DNA of 64,000 nucleotides from Octopus bimaculoides (lineage: Eukaryota), in the NCBI RefSeq assembly GCF_001194135.2, contig NC_068987.1, forward strand, positions 11,415,249 through 11,479,248. Direction: 5' to 3'. Under the pieces are notes generated by a model that made no database searches, was not told where the DNA came from, and saw nothing but the letters and a program-made list of their open reading frames with translations. The translations under genes and the position numbers were made by a program. Shown here in pieces: positions 34,726 through 48,875 of the stretch; the stretch's first letter is position 1; each line of letters starts with the position of its first letter.

Positions 34726-36932
34726 GTAAAAGAAAAAAGAAAGAAAACCTGGTGAGCTTGCCATTGCACTGCTACTCAAAAGTTTATCTTGTAAAAACCT
34801 TCAAAAAAAAAGAAATTGTTTGGCAATGTGCGTGTGTGCATGCTTGTATGTATGTATGCGTGCGTGAGTTGTAATTATTCTTGAGATGTGTGGGGATTTG
34901 TAATTTAGTATTAATAAATGAGTGTGTTTTTTTTTTTTTAATAAAAAAAGAAAGCTTGCATTCTTAATATATCTTGCTGTTCGGCCTCAGGCCAGCTCGG
35001 TCGGGATCCATTAGATGTTTAACCAAAGGCATTCCATGCATGGCTATCTGTTTTAGCGGGGTAAAATAGGACTTGCCTTAATCTAATGTGCCCGTTTATT
35101 TATTCATTTATTTATTTTCCTTCTTTTTTTTTTGTCTTTCTTTTTTGTAGCAGTCGAGTGGTTTTTTTTAAGGGAAGGGATTTGGCTGCTATTTCTGGCA
35201 TGTAGACTCTGCATGGATATTTATTTGGATCCTGAGTAAAATAATCCCAGGATTGATGTGTTTCTTCTGCTTTTATACAGCCTATTCTATCGCAAAAAAA
35301 AAGATTTTCTTATAGAATTACCATAACCGTTCAATATACTGTTGTTTAATAACCAAAAAAAAAATACTTTGGTGCTAAAATAAATTCCAACCCTATTTTC
35401 CCATGGCTTTGTTCTACGATATTAAGATCAATATATACTAATACAGAAGAGGCACCAACCAAACATATATATGTTGAATAAATGAATAGCACTTAGTTTT
35501 TTGATAGTTCTTCACCTTAATAATTAAATGTTTATGAATTATTAGCTATTTACGATTTGTAAACTTGATAATTTATTCGAAAAAATCTAATTATTAAAGT
35601 AGAAAAATTATCAGAAAAGTCACTATTTATTTTTTCAAATATATAATACTGTACAAAGGACTTTGTATTTCTTATTCTATGACACACATTACAGTTTGGT
35701 GCTCACCATCTCCCGTCGAATCGTCCGACCCAAGGGAAACGAATATTTAATGATAATATTGGTTTCTACATACACATACGCGCATTCTTTAAAATCTTCC
35801 TATCTTGTTCTGTAAAAGTGTTGGGATGGAATAAGCGTTGGAGTGAGTGGGAAGTGGAAAATATGTAATGTTTTGCGGAAGAGTACCTCTCTTCATTGAA
35901 AGACGATTAAAAAGATATTTGATATTTTCTGTTGAGTCATTAAAATTGGGGTTTTACATAGCACAACCCTCTGTTAAATACTAACACAGAATAGAATAAG
36001 TTGGAATCGAATATAGATATATGTTACTTAGGTAAGCTCGTTGTCAGCTTACTACATTGTTTGTCTATGATGCTAGTAGAACAATAATATGTGTGTGTGT
36101 GTGTGTTCTTTTACCTGTTTCTGTCATATGACTACAACCATGCTGTAGTATTGCCTTTTAGTCGAAGGAATCGACCCCAGGACTTATTCGTTGTGAGCCT
36201 GGTATTTTTTCTCTGTCTCTTGCCTAACTGCTAAGTCACCGGGGCCAAACAGACACAGACATAAATATGTGTGTGTGTGTGTGTATAAATTTAATTAGAG
36301 GTTTCATCCAAGGAAATACTGGTTCAATACCGGGTATTTTGGGGGAATGAATTTCCTTAAAATAATAGGTATATATATAAAAACATAGTTTATATTCATT
36401 TTAAAGAAGAGTAGTAATTGAAACGGCTGTAAGTGAAGATAACCATTTTGCTGTTAAATAATAAACAATTATTGACTTCCTAATCTCCATTTTCTCTTCT
36501 TTTTAAACGATTAATTTAATATAATGATAAAATCTGCATAAGAATTTATCAAGTTAGCCAGCATGTAAAACCGATTAAGGGGAAAATTTAAACAAAATAT
36601 TTAATTATTCCCTTTAAATATAAATACATTCATTATATTAAGGGCTATAACTACATGTAAATGCCTCACACTATAATGAATGTATGTCTGTACGTACATA
36701 ATAATAATAATAATAATAATAATATATAAATATATGCATATATACATACATACATATTTTCAAGAAGAGGGAGAATGAATATGTTTTTTACAAAGAAGTA
36801 CAAAATGAAGAATATAATATATAAAAAAATAAATATACCAATACATTATATTGTCTTTGAGCTTTTAAAGTTCAATGGTAATTCATGTATATAATGGTTG
36901 GAAAAATAAGGATGCATGAGAATTGAGAGTTG

Positions 36933-37163
36933 TGTTAGGTTTAAAAAAAGGGCTAAAAGTTTGTGTTAAGCAGGAAGTGTGGTGTCAAAACAGGAAGTGT
37001 ATGTAAGAGGAAACAAATGTTTTTAGTTGGAGTTATGAACTCTGCTGAAAAAGAGTTCATAACTCCAAATAAAAAGATTTGTCTCCCCTTACACACACTT
37101 CCTGTTTTGACACCACACTTCCTGCTTAACACAAACTTTTAGCCCATTTTTTTAAACCTAACA
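36933..37163. repeat. 231-bp near-perfect palindrome (fold-back element)
   Basis: Arms 36933-37043 and 37052-37163; 8-nt loop gctgaaaa; 5 mismatches and 1 bulge; no clear target-site duplication. Confidence 0.9.
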
Positions 37164-37387
37164 GGAACGTGAAACTCTGAGTAACAGTTTTTTGCAGCTT
37201 TAACAAAAGTATATTACTCTATCTTCGCTATTCAAGTACTATTTTCTCCGCCTTGTGTGTGTGTGTGTGTGTGTGTGTATGAATGAAAAATAAGGATAAA
37301 TACAAGTTTATATTGCAGTTCCTTTGTGCATTTCACCATTACGGCTGTTTGGAATCTTGAAAATAGGTGTTCCAAGTACATTTAGAT

Positions 37388-37634
37388 CAGTGTTCTCAAT
37401 TAGGGTGCATATGACCCTTTGGGATTTAATATAAGATTTTTTAAATTAAAATTTGTGAAATAAATGGATTATACTCCTTCAATTTACCAAATAACTTAAT
37501 TTTTTATTAATGAAATTTTAAATGATATTTAATTCTAAAAATATGAGATTTTTTTTAACATCAAATGGCTACAAGTGAAATAGAGAGATTGGATGGGTCC
37601 CTAGATAAAAAAAAAAAATGGTTGAGGATCACTG
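37388..37634. mobile_element. hAT (Charlie-like) MITE
   Basis: TIRs CAGTGTTCTCAA / TTGAGGATCACTG; 8-bp flanks atttagat / atttggtt match at 6 of 8 positions. Confidence 0.7.
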
Positions 37635-37689
37635 ATTTGGTTGCTTAAATAGACTGGATCATCAAGGAATACTTTTTATTGCATTAAGT

Positions 37690-37720
<31 letters not shown>

Positions 37721-39234
37721 CAAAGAAGAAAAGGAAGATACATCATCATCATCATCGTCTAGATCCCTGAACTGATGTAGCCAGTCATTGGGGAGCCACT
37801 CTGGACTCTTTATAGCCATTGCCACTGGTGTTTATTCTCTGGCATGCATAGCAGGGTCTCTGTGTTGCAAACTGTCCAGTCTTTGATGTTGTCAAACCAG
37901 CACTTTCATTCATGTACATTCACACACACACACGCACATATATATATATACATATATACATACATACATGCGGATCCTATCCTTCTGACTGGCTTTGGAG
38001 TACTTAATCTGTGGAATTCTTTCTACCATCAGATCACATCACCTTATTCATTCGGAGTACCTTGATTATATATATATAAAATATATTTCTAACTTTACCA
38101 TTGTTCTCTTTATCCTTTTATATATTTATACATACACACGCTAATACACGACTTATAATCCCCAATCCTGTTCATACAACGACAGGGGCAAAACTAGCCG
38201 GTATACAACACTTACTCGGTATTACCTGTATCTTTGGGGTTTGGTTAAATCCAATACCCTCCTTAACCATATATATATATATATANNNNNNNNNNNNNNN
38301 NNNNNNNNNNNNNNNNNNNNNNNNNNNNNNNNNNNNNNNNNNNNNNNNNNNNNNNNNNNNNNNNNNNNNNNNNNNNNNNNNNNNNNNNNNNNNNNNNNNN
38401 NNNNNNNNNNNNNNNNNNNNNGGAACTTCCCATTAAACTTCTATATCATTCTATGTCCGAAACATCAGCTTAGTAAAAAGGAAATTATTTTACGCTATTC
38501 ATCATCATCTTTCAACCCTTTAACATTCAAACCAGCCATATCCGGTCAAACACTTGTGCCTGTTTTATGGTCAAACTGACCAGATCTGGCTTCTCACGAC
38601 AACCCTACAATATCATTCTAAAAAAAATAAATGACCACATTGCCAAAATCTCAAATCTACGAGATAATGCATGATTAATTCAAAACAATGTGAATAAATA
38701 GGTATTGCATTTGACAGGAAAACCTGAATGCCAAAGGCTTGAATTAAGTGAAAGAAAAAAATCGAAGTGTATTCCAATAGACAGTATCCACCAGACTAGA
38801 CCAGACTGCGGTTATACACCACTGGCCACAATGTACTTCCTGGCATTGATACCAACTTGCCAGTAATAAGAGTTAATCCTTTCTCACTAATCCTCTTCAA
38901 CACTATATTAATCGGTGTAATTTTGTTATGAAACTTTATTCTGCTTATGTCCCCCCCACCCCGCTCTCTTTCTCTCTCTGTGCTTCAAGTTCTATAGATT
39001 TTTTTCCCCCCTCCTTTTTTATACTACTTTGAAATGTTGTGACTGGGGGTACAAAGCTAGGTACTCTAATAATTTCAATTCCTCTCTTTCACTGATCCTG
39101 AAACCTCAATTTCTCAACAGTAGATATCGATCATAATTTGAATAGATTAAATAAAATTGTATTTAAACTAAATAAGAAATTGTTAAAAATATCTAAACAC
39201 CTTCGTGAATTTTGTGTTACCCTGTGTGTATATA

Positions 39235-39451
39235 TGAAGGGGTGCTGAAAAGTTCCTGACTTTAAGGGCATCATGATAGGCCTGGTTGGAGGTCCAAACT
39301 TCCAAGTTCTTTTATGAGGCTTAGAATAATGAATGACTGCTGCAATAAGTGTGTGAATCAGAGAGGGGAATATGTTCAAGGAAATAATAATTAACTGTTT
39401 CCTTTGTATTTTCTTTTACCCAAAACCAAGAAAATTGTCAGTACCCCCTTG
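39235..39451 (+). mobile_element. Internally deleted mariner element
   Basis: Degenerate TIRs TGAAGGGGTGCTGAAAAG / TTGTCAGTACCCCCTTG; 39341-39379 translates CNKCVNQRGEYVQ, resembling the mariner transposase C-terminus (WxKCVxxxGxYVE). Confidence 0.7.
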
Positions 39452-39779
39452 TGTGTGGCTGTGTGGTTAAGAAGCTTGCTTTGCAGCTACATAGTTTGGG
39501 GTTCAACCGTTCTGCTGGGCAAGTGTCTTCTACTGTAGCTCCAAGCTGAACAAAGCCTGCGTGTGAATTCAGCTGGCAGAAATTAAAATATATCCTCTTA
39601 CCCTAGCAACACAATGGCTAATAATTAATAAATACCACTGCCATACAGACTGTGCTCTTTATGTGAAAATCTAAGGAGAAATTAGGGTTGGCAACTGGAA
39701 GAGCATCTGGGTGTTAAAAATCTCCCTCAGCATATTTCATGTGTGTGTATCTACACAGGAGTAGAGGGACACTGATTAT

Positions 39780-39995
39780 GTAGGTTTACAGTTTAAGTGC
39801 CTCTTTCGCATTCATATATTAACATTTAGGTTTTAATTATAAATAAATATGAAACCATTATTCTATGCTAATTTAGTTAATTTTGTTAAGCGCCCCTTTC
39901 AGTTTGTAAGATAGAAATTTAAATGTAATAAAATGTTTTAAAAGAAATTTAAAGTGCCTATGTGATAACTGTAAACCTACTTTTGGGCCACCCAG
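39780..39995. mobile_element. Tc1/mariner MITE, left TIR eroded
   Basis: Right end aactgtaaacctacttttgggccacccag|TA; partial left copy gtaggtttacagtt at 39780. Confidence 0.6.
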
Positions 39996-40247
39996 TATAT
40001 TAAAAACAATGTGACTCTAGTAGAATAGTTCACAGACATACAGCCTATATACTAAAAGCATATGTATTAAGGTCTTGTGTGTAAGCCCTTTTGCTACCAA
40101 CCTGCCTGAGTTTATCTCTGCTTCTATGATACAAAACTTATTGTTTTAAAGTTATTTGAATTAAACTTTCCATGAAAAGTTTAAGTTATGTTGCAAACAC
40201 AAACTTTATAGTGACAAAGTTATTTTACTAATATCGTTATATTTGGG

Positions 40248-40562
40248 ATGCATGGCTCAGTGGTTAGAGCGTCAGGCTCACAATCATGAGGTAGTGAGTT
40301 CAATTCCCAGACCGGGCTGTGTGTTATGTTCTGGAGCAAGACACTTCATTTCATGTTGCTCCAGTTCACTCAGCTGTAGAAATGAATTGCAACTTCACTT
40401 TGCCTTTCCTTTTGATAACATGGGTGGCGTGGAGAGGAGAGGCTGATATGCATGGGTAACTGCTGGTCTTCCAAAAACAACCTTGCCCAGACTTGTGCCT
40501 CGGAGGGGAACTTTCTAGGTGCAATATCATGGTCATTCGTGACTGATGGAAGTTTTTACCCT
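40248..40562 (+). mobile_element. SINE family C with target-site duplication
   Basis: 11-bp duplication ttatatttggg at 40237-40247 and 40563-40573. A minus-strand copy lies at about 28776-29090. Confidence 0.88.
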
Positions 40563-41944
40563 TTATATTTGGGGATGGTCATATTTTGCCCTTTAAACAC
40601 ATAACCTATATATTTGGTCTTCTCTTCAGCTTTATTATATATATATATATAGTGCATGTGTTTAATTGACAAAATACAACCTCCCCCATATATAACAATA
40701 TCTGCTTAAACACGATTTCACATTGAGAATCTTGCAAAACAAATACCTTATTTTACTAAATTTTTTTCATTTGCAAAATTAAAGAAAGAAGGCTTTTTTT
40801 TTAGTTTAGGCAGAAGGCCCAAAATTTCGGGGAGGGGACCACTGGATTAGATTGACCCCAGTATGCAACTGGTACTTGTATCGACCCTGAAAGGATGAAA
40901 GGCGAAGTCGGCCTTGGCGGAATTTGAACTGAGAACATAAAGACAGATGAAATACCACTAAGCATTTCATCCAGTGTGTTAACATTTCTTATTTCTTTTA
41001 CTGCCCACAAGGGGCTACACACAGAAGGTACAAACAAGGACAGATAAAGGGATTAAGTCGATTACATCGACCCCAGTGTGTAACTGGTACTTAATTTATC
41101 GACCCCGAAAAGATGAAAGGCAAAGTCGACCTCGGCAGAATTTGAACTCAGAACGTAACGGCAAAAGAAATACCGCTAAGAATTTTGCCCGGCGTGCTAA
41201 CGTTTCTGCCACCTCACCACCTTAGAAGACGTATATATTTGAATGGAAGTATCGTGACAAAAGGGTTGACAACTTTAGTAAACTTATATTATCCAAACAA
41301 TCAGTTGATAAAAAAAATCCCTGGGGTGTTTAAATGAAAACACATGCAAGAGAAATACTTTTCAATTAGCAAATGCTGAATCAAGCGAATCTGATATTCT
41401 GAACTGGTTCTGTAATACAAATTCAATGTTTTTAAAGTAATCTAAATTAAAGACTTTCTTCAAAATTTTAAATGTTAATTCTTGTTCCAAAACCCCAAAG
41501 TTATAATGATAACAAAATTGTTTTAACTAAATTCTTTATTTTCAAAATTAATTTGAAAACAAAAGCATATTTTAGCAGAAATACAGTAGCAACTTCTAAG
41601 TGGTTTTTATTTTTTAATGTCACAAGCTTTATAATAACCAACTTATTAAAATATATGTGATGCTGGTTGGCAAAGTATTTGAGAAACATTAGTAGCCATT
41701 ATAAATACATTCATTATGTAAATGTTTACTATCTGACAGTGATGATAAATTCAGCATTACTTTCATCTATCATTGACAAACATTCAGATGTTTGATCATC
41801 TGAGCTTACCTATTTGTGGAATTACTACTACTAACCTTTTGCTTTAACAGACATGTGTGGTACCCTTATCTTAACTCTCAAGTCATATCAGTAGGACACA
41901 ATGTTGGACCTTCAAATTAAATTATAGGTGTTTCTGCTGAGTTT

Positions 41945-42345
41945 TTGTCTACCCGGTTTAACTCACTAAGCTCGAAGACCTGTCGGGGCAAGCGAAAGCG
42001 AAATCGTGATGGCACCTGTGCTCAGCGCCACCTTTCTGGCACATGTAAAAACTTTCGAGCGAGATCGTTGCCAGTGCCGCTGGACTGTCTCCCATGCAGG
42101 TGGCACATCAATTACACCATTTCTAGCGTGGCCGTTGCCAGTACCGCCTGACTGGCCTTCGTGCCGGTGTCACATAAAAGCACCCACTACACTCTAGGAG
42201 TGGTTGGTGTTAGGAAGGGCATCCAGCTGTAGAAACTCTGCCAAATCAGATTGGAGCCTGGTGTAGCCATCTAGTTCAACAGTCCTCAGTCAAATCGTCC
42301 AACCCATGCTAGCATGGAAAGCATACATTAAACGATGATGATGAT
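41945..42345 (+). mobile_element. Non-autonomous retroelement with RTE-type 3' end and (GAT)n tail
   Basis: ggttgg(c/t)gttaggaagggcatccagctgtag...aacccatgctagcatggaaag...gatgatgatg. Further copies at about 7918-8100, 8605-8800, 17050-17240, 18590-18770, 26786-26900, 51160-51440 and 59850-60270. Confidence 0.8.
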
Positions 42346-43058
42346 GCCCTAAAAGCCACAAACCTATACTAAAAAAAACGCCCTAGAAGCCACAAGATCT
42401 GAGTGAAATGTTCTTCTTAATTACTCAGCCTTACCTACTACATTTAACTTGATTTTAGAAACTTTAACAGTTTCTACCGAAATCATAACCATTATCAAGC
42501 TCATTCAACTTCATGTTTAATCCTTTAGCATTTCAACTGGCTGCATCCAGCCTAAATATTCTGTCCTATGTTCAAACCAGTGAGATCCAACCTCTCACAC
42601 CTGCACATTGATGTCATTCTAAAAATATACAATCACATCATTGAAATATCAAAACTACAAAAGTAATGCATGATTAATTCAAAACGATGTGGATGAGCAA
42701 GCATTACGTTTGACCGAGTAATCTGAATGCGAAGGGGTTTAAATCATAAATTCTTCATTTTGTTTATTTATTTATTTATTTTAACTTTTTCTACTTGTTT
42801 CGCTCATTAGACTACAGCCATGCTTAAACTCTGTCTCTCGAGGGTTTCAGCTGATTGTGTTGATTATACCAACCTGAATACTTCGTCTGGTATTTATTTT
42901 ATTGGATCTCAAATGAAAGATAAATCCAAGTAGGAGTAAAGATACATAAAAAAAGGGCATAACAAAATATATTTTTTAAAAGTCTTAAAGTATTTTTGCA
43001 AGTACTAAGTTTACAAGGAACACGGACTTTAAATCACACACCTAAACACACATTATAT

Positions 43059-43447
43059 GTTGTTGTTGTTGGCACTCCGTCGCTTACGACGTCGAGGGTT
43101 CCAGATCCGATCAACGGAACAGCCTGCTCGTGAAATTAACGTGCAAGTGGCTGAGCACTCCACAGACACGTCTACCCTTAACGTAGTTCTCGGGGAGATT
43201 CAGCGTGACACAGTGTGACAAGGCTGACCCTTTGAATTACAGGCACAACAGAAACAGGAAGAAAGAATGAGAGAAAGTTGTGGTGAAAGAGTACAGCAGG
43301 GTTCGCCACCATCCCCTGCCGGAGCCTCGTGGAGCTTTTTAGGTGTTTTCGCTCAATTAACACTCACAACGCCCGGTCTAGGAATCGAAACCGCGATCCT
43401 ATGACCGCGAGTCCGCTACCCTAACCACTGGGCCATTGTGCCTCCAC
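43059..43447 (-). mobile_element. SINE family D, full length, (AAC)n tail
   Basis: 12-bp duplication cacacattatat at 43047-43058 and 43445-43456; same family as 63774-64000 (+) and about 61912-62190 (-). Confidence 0.88.
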
Positions 43448-45735
43448 ACATTATATATACATGTATATTTGTCTCCGTCATGTTTTTTTTTTCCTTTTTT
43501 TTTTGTGTGCTCTCATTTCCTAGTGTATATTTATGTGTATGCATACGTTGTGTATGCGTAATAAATACACACACACAAACTGATATATCATTTTAATGCT
43601 CACTTTTCCATGCTTACTTTCGTGGATCAGACGGAATTCAATAAAACTGAATTATTCTGTGGCCGGATTCCTGCCCTTCTTGTCAACGATCTTCTGTTTC
43701 CTTGCAAGAAACTATTCCCCTATAGACAATCATGATAGACTGGAAATGAAGGACACCTATGTAACAGTGACAATCATTTACATATATCGCTTGATGTCAA
43801 GATAAGAATACACACACACACACGCTATATATATATTATTCGACAGACCCTTTTCAGTTTCAATCTATCAAATCAATTCACCAGTTTTGGTCAGCCCTGG
43901 GCTATAGAAGATATTTGCTCAGTGCCACACAGTGGACAGAACCCAAAACCATAGAGTTGAGAACTTAACTTCTTAACCATCCTGCCATGCTTGCACCTAT
44001 TACACACACACACACATGTATATAACTCTCAATAAATGTGTTGAGTGTCCTTCTTTCGTTTATGTACTCACTCGTATATATATATATATATATCTACATA
44101 TNNNNNNNNNNNNNNNNNNNNNNNNNNNNNNNNNNNNNNNNNNNNNNNNNNNNNNNNNNNNNNNNNNNNNNNNNNNNNNNNNNNNNNNNNNNNNNNNNNN
44201 NNNNNNNNNNNNNNNNNNNNNNNNNNNNNNNNNNNNNNNNNNNNNNNNNNNNNNNNNNNNNNNNNNNNATATATATATATATATATACGTACTGATTTTA
44301 AAGTAGGCACACCGTGTCCCTTTGTGCTGTAATAGATGATTGAAAGGGTCGGTGACAGAAGGACATCTTGCCATAAAATACACCCTAGAAAAACGCGTCG
44401 AACCCTTGCCGGCTTAGGAAAGCAGACGTAAATCAGTGGCGGTGGCCGCGGTGGTTTTCAGGCGACGACAGCATCCTACTGAGCTTTCCCCATCTTTCTA
44501 TCTAACTCTCTCTCCCTCCCACAGTTTCCATCTGCTTAATTTTACTCATCGACTAAGGTTCGAATCCGCACTATTTTTTTGTTGCGAAACGAAACACATA
44601 TCCACGCCAGTTTTTCCATTGTTGTTCATATTTTTCTTCGTTTTCTTCCTGGCTCCACTTAAAAATAAAAAAAAGAAGAAAATTCTCATCTATCTGTCTA
44701 CATTGTAAAAATACATGTCTGTTCACACTGTATAGATCTTTCTATTAACTTTCACTCCTACCTTGTCTCAATCTCCTCTCTCACTGCTGCTAGCATCAAT
44801 ATCACAATCACATGTCTCTAGCCATTTTCATCGTCACCGCACCTCCTACCCCCGTAGCTTTTTCCACTCCCACTATTCCCATTTTTAATCTTCAGCTTAA
44901 ACTCTTACCAATACCATTCTCCCCCTCTCTCTTTCTATTTACTGCTTTACTCCACCTCCCTCTTGCACGCATTTCTCTGCTCACTGCCCCTTATTTTGCT
45001 AGTTCTATTGTGAATGTATATGTGGATGTGCTGAATCACTTCCTGCTCTTCTCCACTACACTCTAGATAGCTTCTATTTATAGCCTCCTGCTTTGGTTTT
45101 GGGGTCAAACAGGCTTCAAGACAAAATTTCTCCCAATTCCTGTCACTGATCACTAATAGTTTTTCCTTTCTTTCCTCCCTACATCTTGCTCCCCTTCCGT
45201 CTACTTTCTATACGCCCCCCTCCACTTTCTTGCCTTTCCTTTTAAGTTTTCTTATCTTTCATTGTGTGGCCCCTGTTAAAAGGTTTTATCTCTAACATTC
45301 CATCATGGAGACTCTTTCAAAGCATATCAAGAAATAAACTTTTTTTTTTTAAACTGTCTTCTACTTTCTAGGTTAGCATGCACCGTTATTATTATTATTA
45401 TTTTTCCTACACTTGCCTGTAAGAATATGTTCCAGTTTTCAAATTCTTGAAAATCTACTTTTTTTTGTTTATCTATCATTGTTTTAATCCGATTCTTCTT
45501 CTTCTTCTTATTATTATTATTGGTTTATAATTCCACCCCATCCCTCATTTACCGTGATAAATATATGCTAAAGCATTTACTATCTTATTTTCGGGCACTG
45601 AAATACCTGCCTTCAATTTCCCTTCCTTCCTAATTCTTTAAACATCTCCACACAAGTTTGATCATTGCCAGACTAAAACCAATAATAGTACTTATTTAAA
45701 ACATTAAACATTTTATATATATATGTGTGTGTATG

Positions 45736-45773
<38 letters not shown>

Positions 45774-47332
45774 ATATACTCATTTATTATTTGTTATATA
45801 TATATATATAGATAGATAGATAGATATTCCATCCAAACGTTGATTTATTAATTTTATTTATTTATTCACTGACAACCACTCACGACGAAATTACTAGATG
45901 CTGGTGGACATCTCGGCAGTTTACTAAAAACATCTTTGCGATTTCCATGCATTATAAGATTAGCTCAGCTGTGAATGTTCTACCTTTTCCATGGTCTGCT
46001 AAACAAATCTAGCTTACTGCTTCCATTAGTGTTTTCCCCAGCTAATGTCTTTATTTATTTTTCTTTTCTTTTTTATTTTTTTTATGAACATTTTTTCATT
46101 CGCTCAGAAATATTCTCTTTCTTCTTCTTTCCTTCACATGACAATCTTTTTTTCTTTAAATGTCCGACAAATATGCTAGCAATACTTTCTGATCGTAGAA
46201 ACAAGAAAAGAAAGAAAGGAAGGAAGATAAATAATGGTTTCTTTTATTTGCCACAGGGGCACAGACTAGCGGGTACATCACAAGAACAGTCTACAATTTA
46301 TGTGGAAAGGGGAAAGAAAGAGAACGGGCAGTAAAATAAGATAAAACTATATACACGGTACACAAAGTATGTGAACACACACATGATACAGGGCGACCTC
46401 AGCGCCTAAATAGGGCCTGATGATATTATTAATAATAATTAATTAATCAACTATCTAATTAATAGATAAATAAATCCAGCTTTTCATCGGTTGCTGTTAG
46501 AAAATAAATGCCTTTTCCCTCACTCCATAGTGGTAGTAGTGGCTGATTGAATCTGGCACGAAACATACCCAGTTATGTCCCTTTGTGTTCTGGGTTCGAA
46601 CCCTACTAGAAATATAATAAACTCAAGCGCGGCCTTGGTTAAATTATCTGCATTCTTCCTCCAAATTTCGTGTCTTTGCTGTCACTGCTAAGAATGTTGC
46701 TTCCTTTATTCATTGCTTGAAGAGACAGCAAACAAACAAAACTAAGATAGATAGGTAGGTAGATAGATAACTAGATAGATAGATAGATGCACTCGTTTAG
46801 TTAAAATAGATGTAGGTCACTTTTGCACAGCTTAATACAAATCTTTTTAAATAATATTGATTTTTGTAACTAGGCACAAAAACTGTTTTTGTTTTAGAAT
46901 GTTTACATACTTACATACGCGCACACAGATTGTGTGTGTGCAAATTCATTTGTTTGTATAAATTTGTATGTCTTTGTGTCGGTCTGTTTAGATCTCCATA
47001 ACTTAGCGGTTCACCAAAAGGAAACCGATAGAATAAGTACTGGGGTCGATTTGTTCGACTAAAACCTTTTAGGGCAGTGCCCCAGCACGGCCGCAGTCTG
47101 ATAATTGAAACAAGTAAAAGGTAAAAGATTGTGGAGGGGGGGGGGATATCCTGTAGGAAATAAACTTAAGGATCAAGCGCTACAACTCAAATACCATTTT
47201 GTCGTCGGCATCCTATTTCACCATTTCCCGTTCAATTCTTTTTCCTAACATCTTTGCCTGGAANNNNNNNNNNGGAATATTAACGGAGAGGATAGCTTCG
47301 ACATTTTCAGTGTATTTTTTTTGTTTTTAAAA

Positions 47333-47366
47333 TCTATCTATCTATCTATCTATATCTATCTATCTA

Positions 47367-47409
<43 letters not shown>

Positions 47410-47450
47410 GTCTGTCTGTCTGTCTGTCTGTCTATCTCTATCTATCTATC
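47333..47450. repeat. (TCTA)n/(TCTG)n tetranucleotide repeat
   Basis: Direct reading. Confidence 0.95.
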
Positions 47451-48735
47451 TCTTTCTTTTTTCTAAAGTATCTCATTTAAACCCAACAATTAAAAGCTGC
47501 CGATACTTTTATAAATATTTCATCACTGCGTTGGGGTACTGCAATAGTTTGTGTCTGTATCTCGTCATAGAGGTGTTTCTGTCTCCCTCCTCGAACGAAG
47601 GGTATATACTCTAATTGCTGGAAATAACAGCCAAATTTCTTGTTGGTTTAAAAAAACAACAGAAATAGGCTAAAAAGGATACGTAATGTAGTTTTATCCA
47701 CCCCTGGCTAAATAAACACCACCATCAACAACAAACAGCAATCGTGTCAGCTTTCAGGTCTCAAGCCAGTGAAGAGGGCACTCATCTGTTATTATTCTAG
47801 TCTTTTTAAAATTACAAAAGTTCTTTTTTGACTTTTGGAATTAACGAGAATTTCAGAATAACTTGTAAATTGTTGAAATGAAATAGTTTGAAATATATTA
47901 TGTTTTCGTTCCTTTTATCACAATTTTGATACTAGATTTATATGTCATTGTTGGATCTGTCTAGCATACCTGATAAACCCCACAACGAAGGCTAAGTGTG
48001 GTACTTAATATATCGAGTTCTTTTGTCAAACCGCTAAGTTACAGTGACGTATACAAAACTACACTGATTGTCATGCGGTGAGAATGGGGCACAACCACAA
48101 AAACATGTACACGTGTGTATGTGCGTGTTTGCATTAAATTCACTTACAAAGTATTGGTTGGGCCAAGGATTTAGTAGACATTCGTTCAAAGTGCCCTCTA
48201 GTAGGATTGAACCCAAAAAGCGTGTGGTTGCAAAGCGAACTTCTTAACCACGTAGCTATGTTGTATATGTTTTGAAATTTGTTTTTTGATATCTATAATT
48301 GTATTATAATGTTAACGTTTTTGTATAACTGATGGGACTATCGAAAGTGTACGGCGTACCACAGGAGCGCAGCACGTGATGAGGGGTAATGCTTCTTGTG
48401 TCTGGAGCCACCGACTCTCAGCTACGGGTGTGGGCATAATCGATCAATAATCGATGGCATCTTGGCTCAGTTTTAAACAAGTGTATGGTTACAACGCACA
48501 GACATCTATTTACATGTATTCTTTAATTTATATGTAATGATTTAAAAAAAAAGAAAGTGTGCCAACTGAATTTTACTAATATCGTCTGTTGTTCGTATGT
48601 GTTAGGGAATTGAAGAAGTGGATACCCGAGGAACTGGTTTTCGAGATTCCCCATGTCTTATTTTAACCCTAAATTTATACCCAACTTCCTTTTGCATTCC
48701 TGCAGAACCTTCCCCAGTTATTATATTTCTCATTA

Positions 48736-48788
<53 letters not shown>

Positions 48789-48875
48789 TCATTCGGTGTG
48801 CGTTAGACTTAGCATCTAAAAGATCCCGGTTCAATCCCGGGGTTCGACATCCCGTGGCTGGTCTGCTTTCATATA

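Noticed and set aside
36020-36040. TAG|GTAAGC, resembling a recursive-splicing ratchet point (also AAG|GTATCT at about 23168)
   Set aside because: There is essentially no pyrimidine tract at 36030 and the donor at 23168 is weak; such matches are expected by chance in 64 kb.
48330-48355. ctgatgggactatcgaaag, resembling a hammerhead core
   Set aside because: It lacks the invariant A9 (CUGAUGG) and has no convincing stems I and III; the ctgatga at about 46415 has no GAAA partner.
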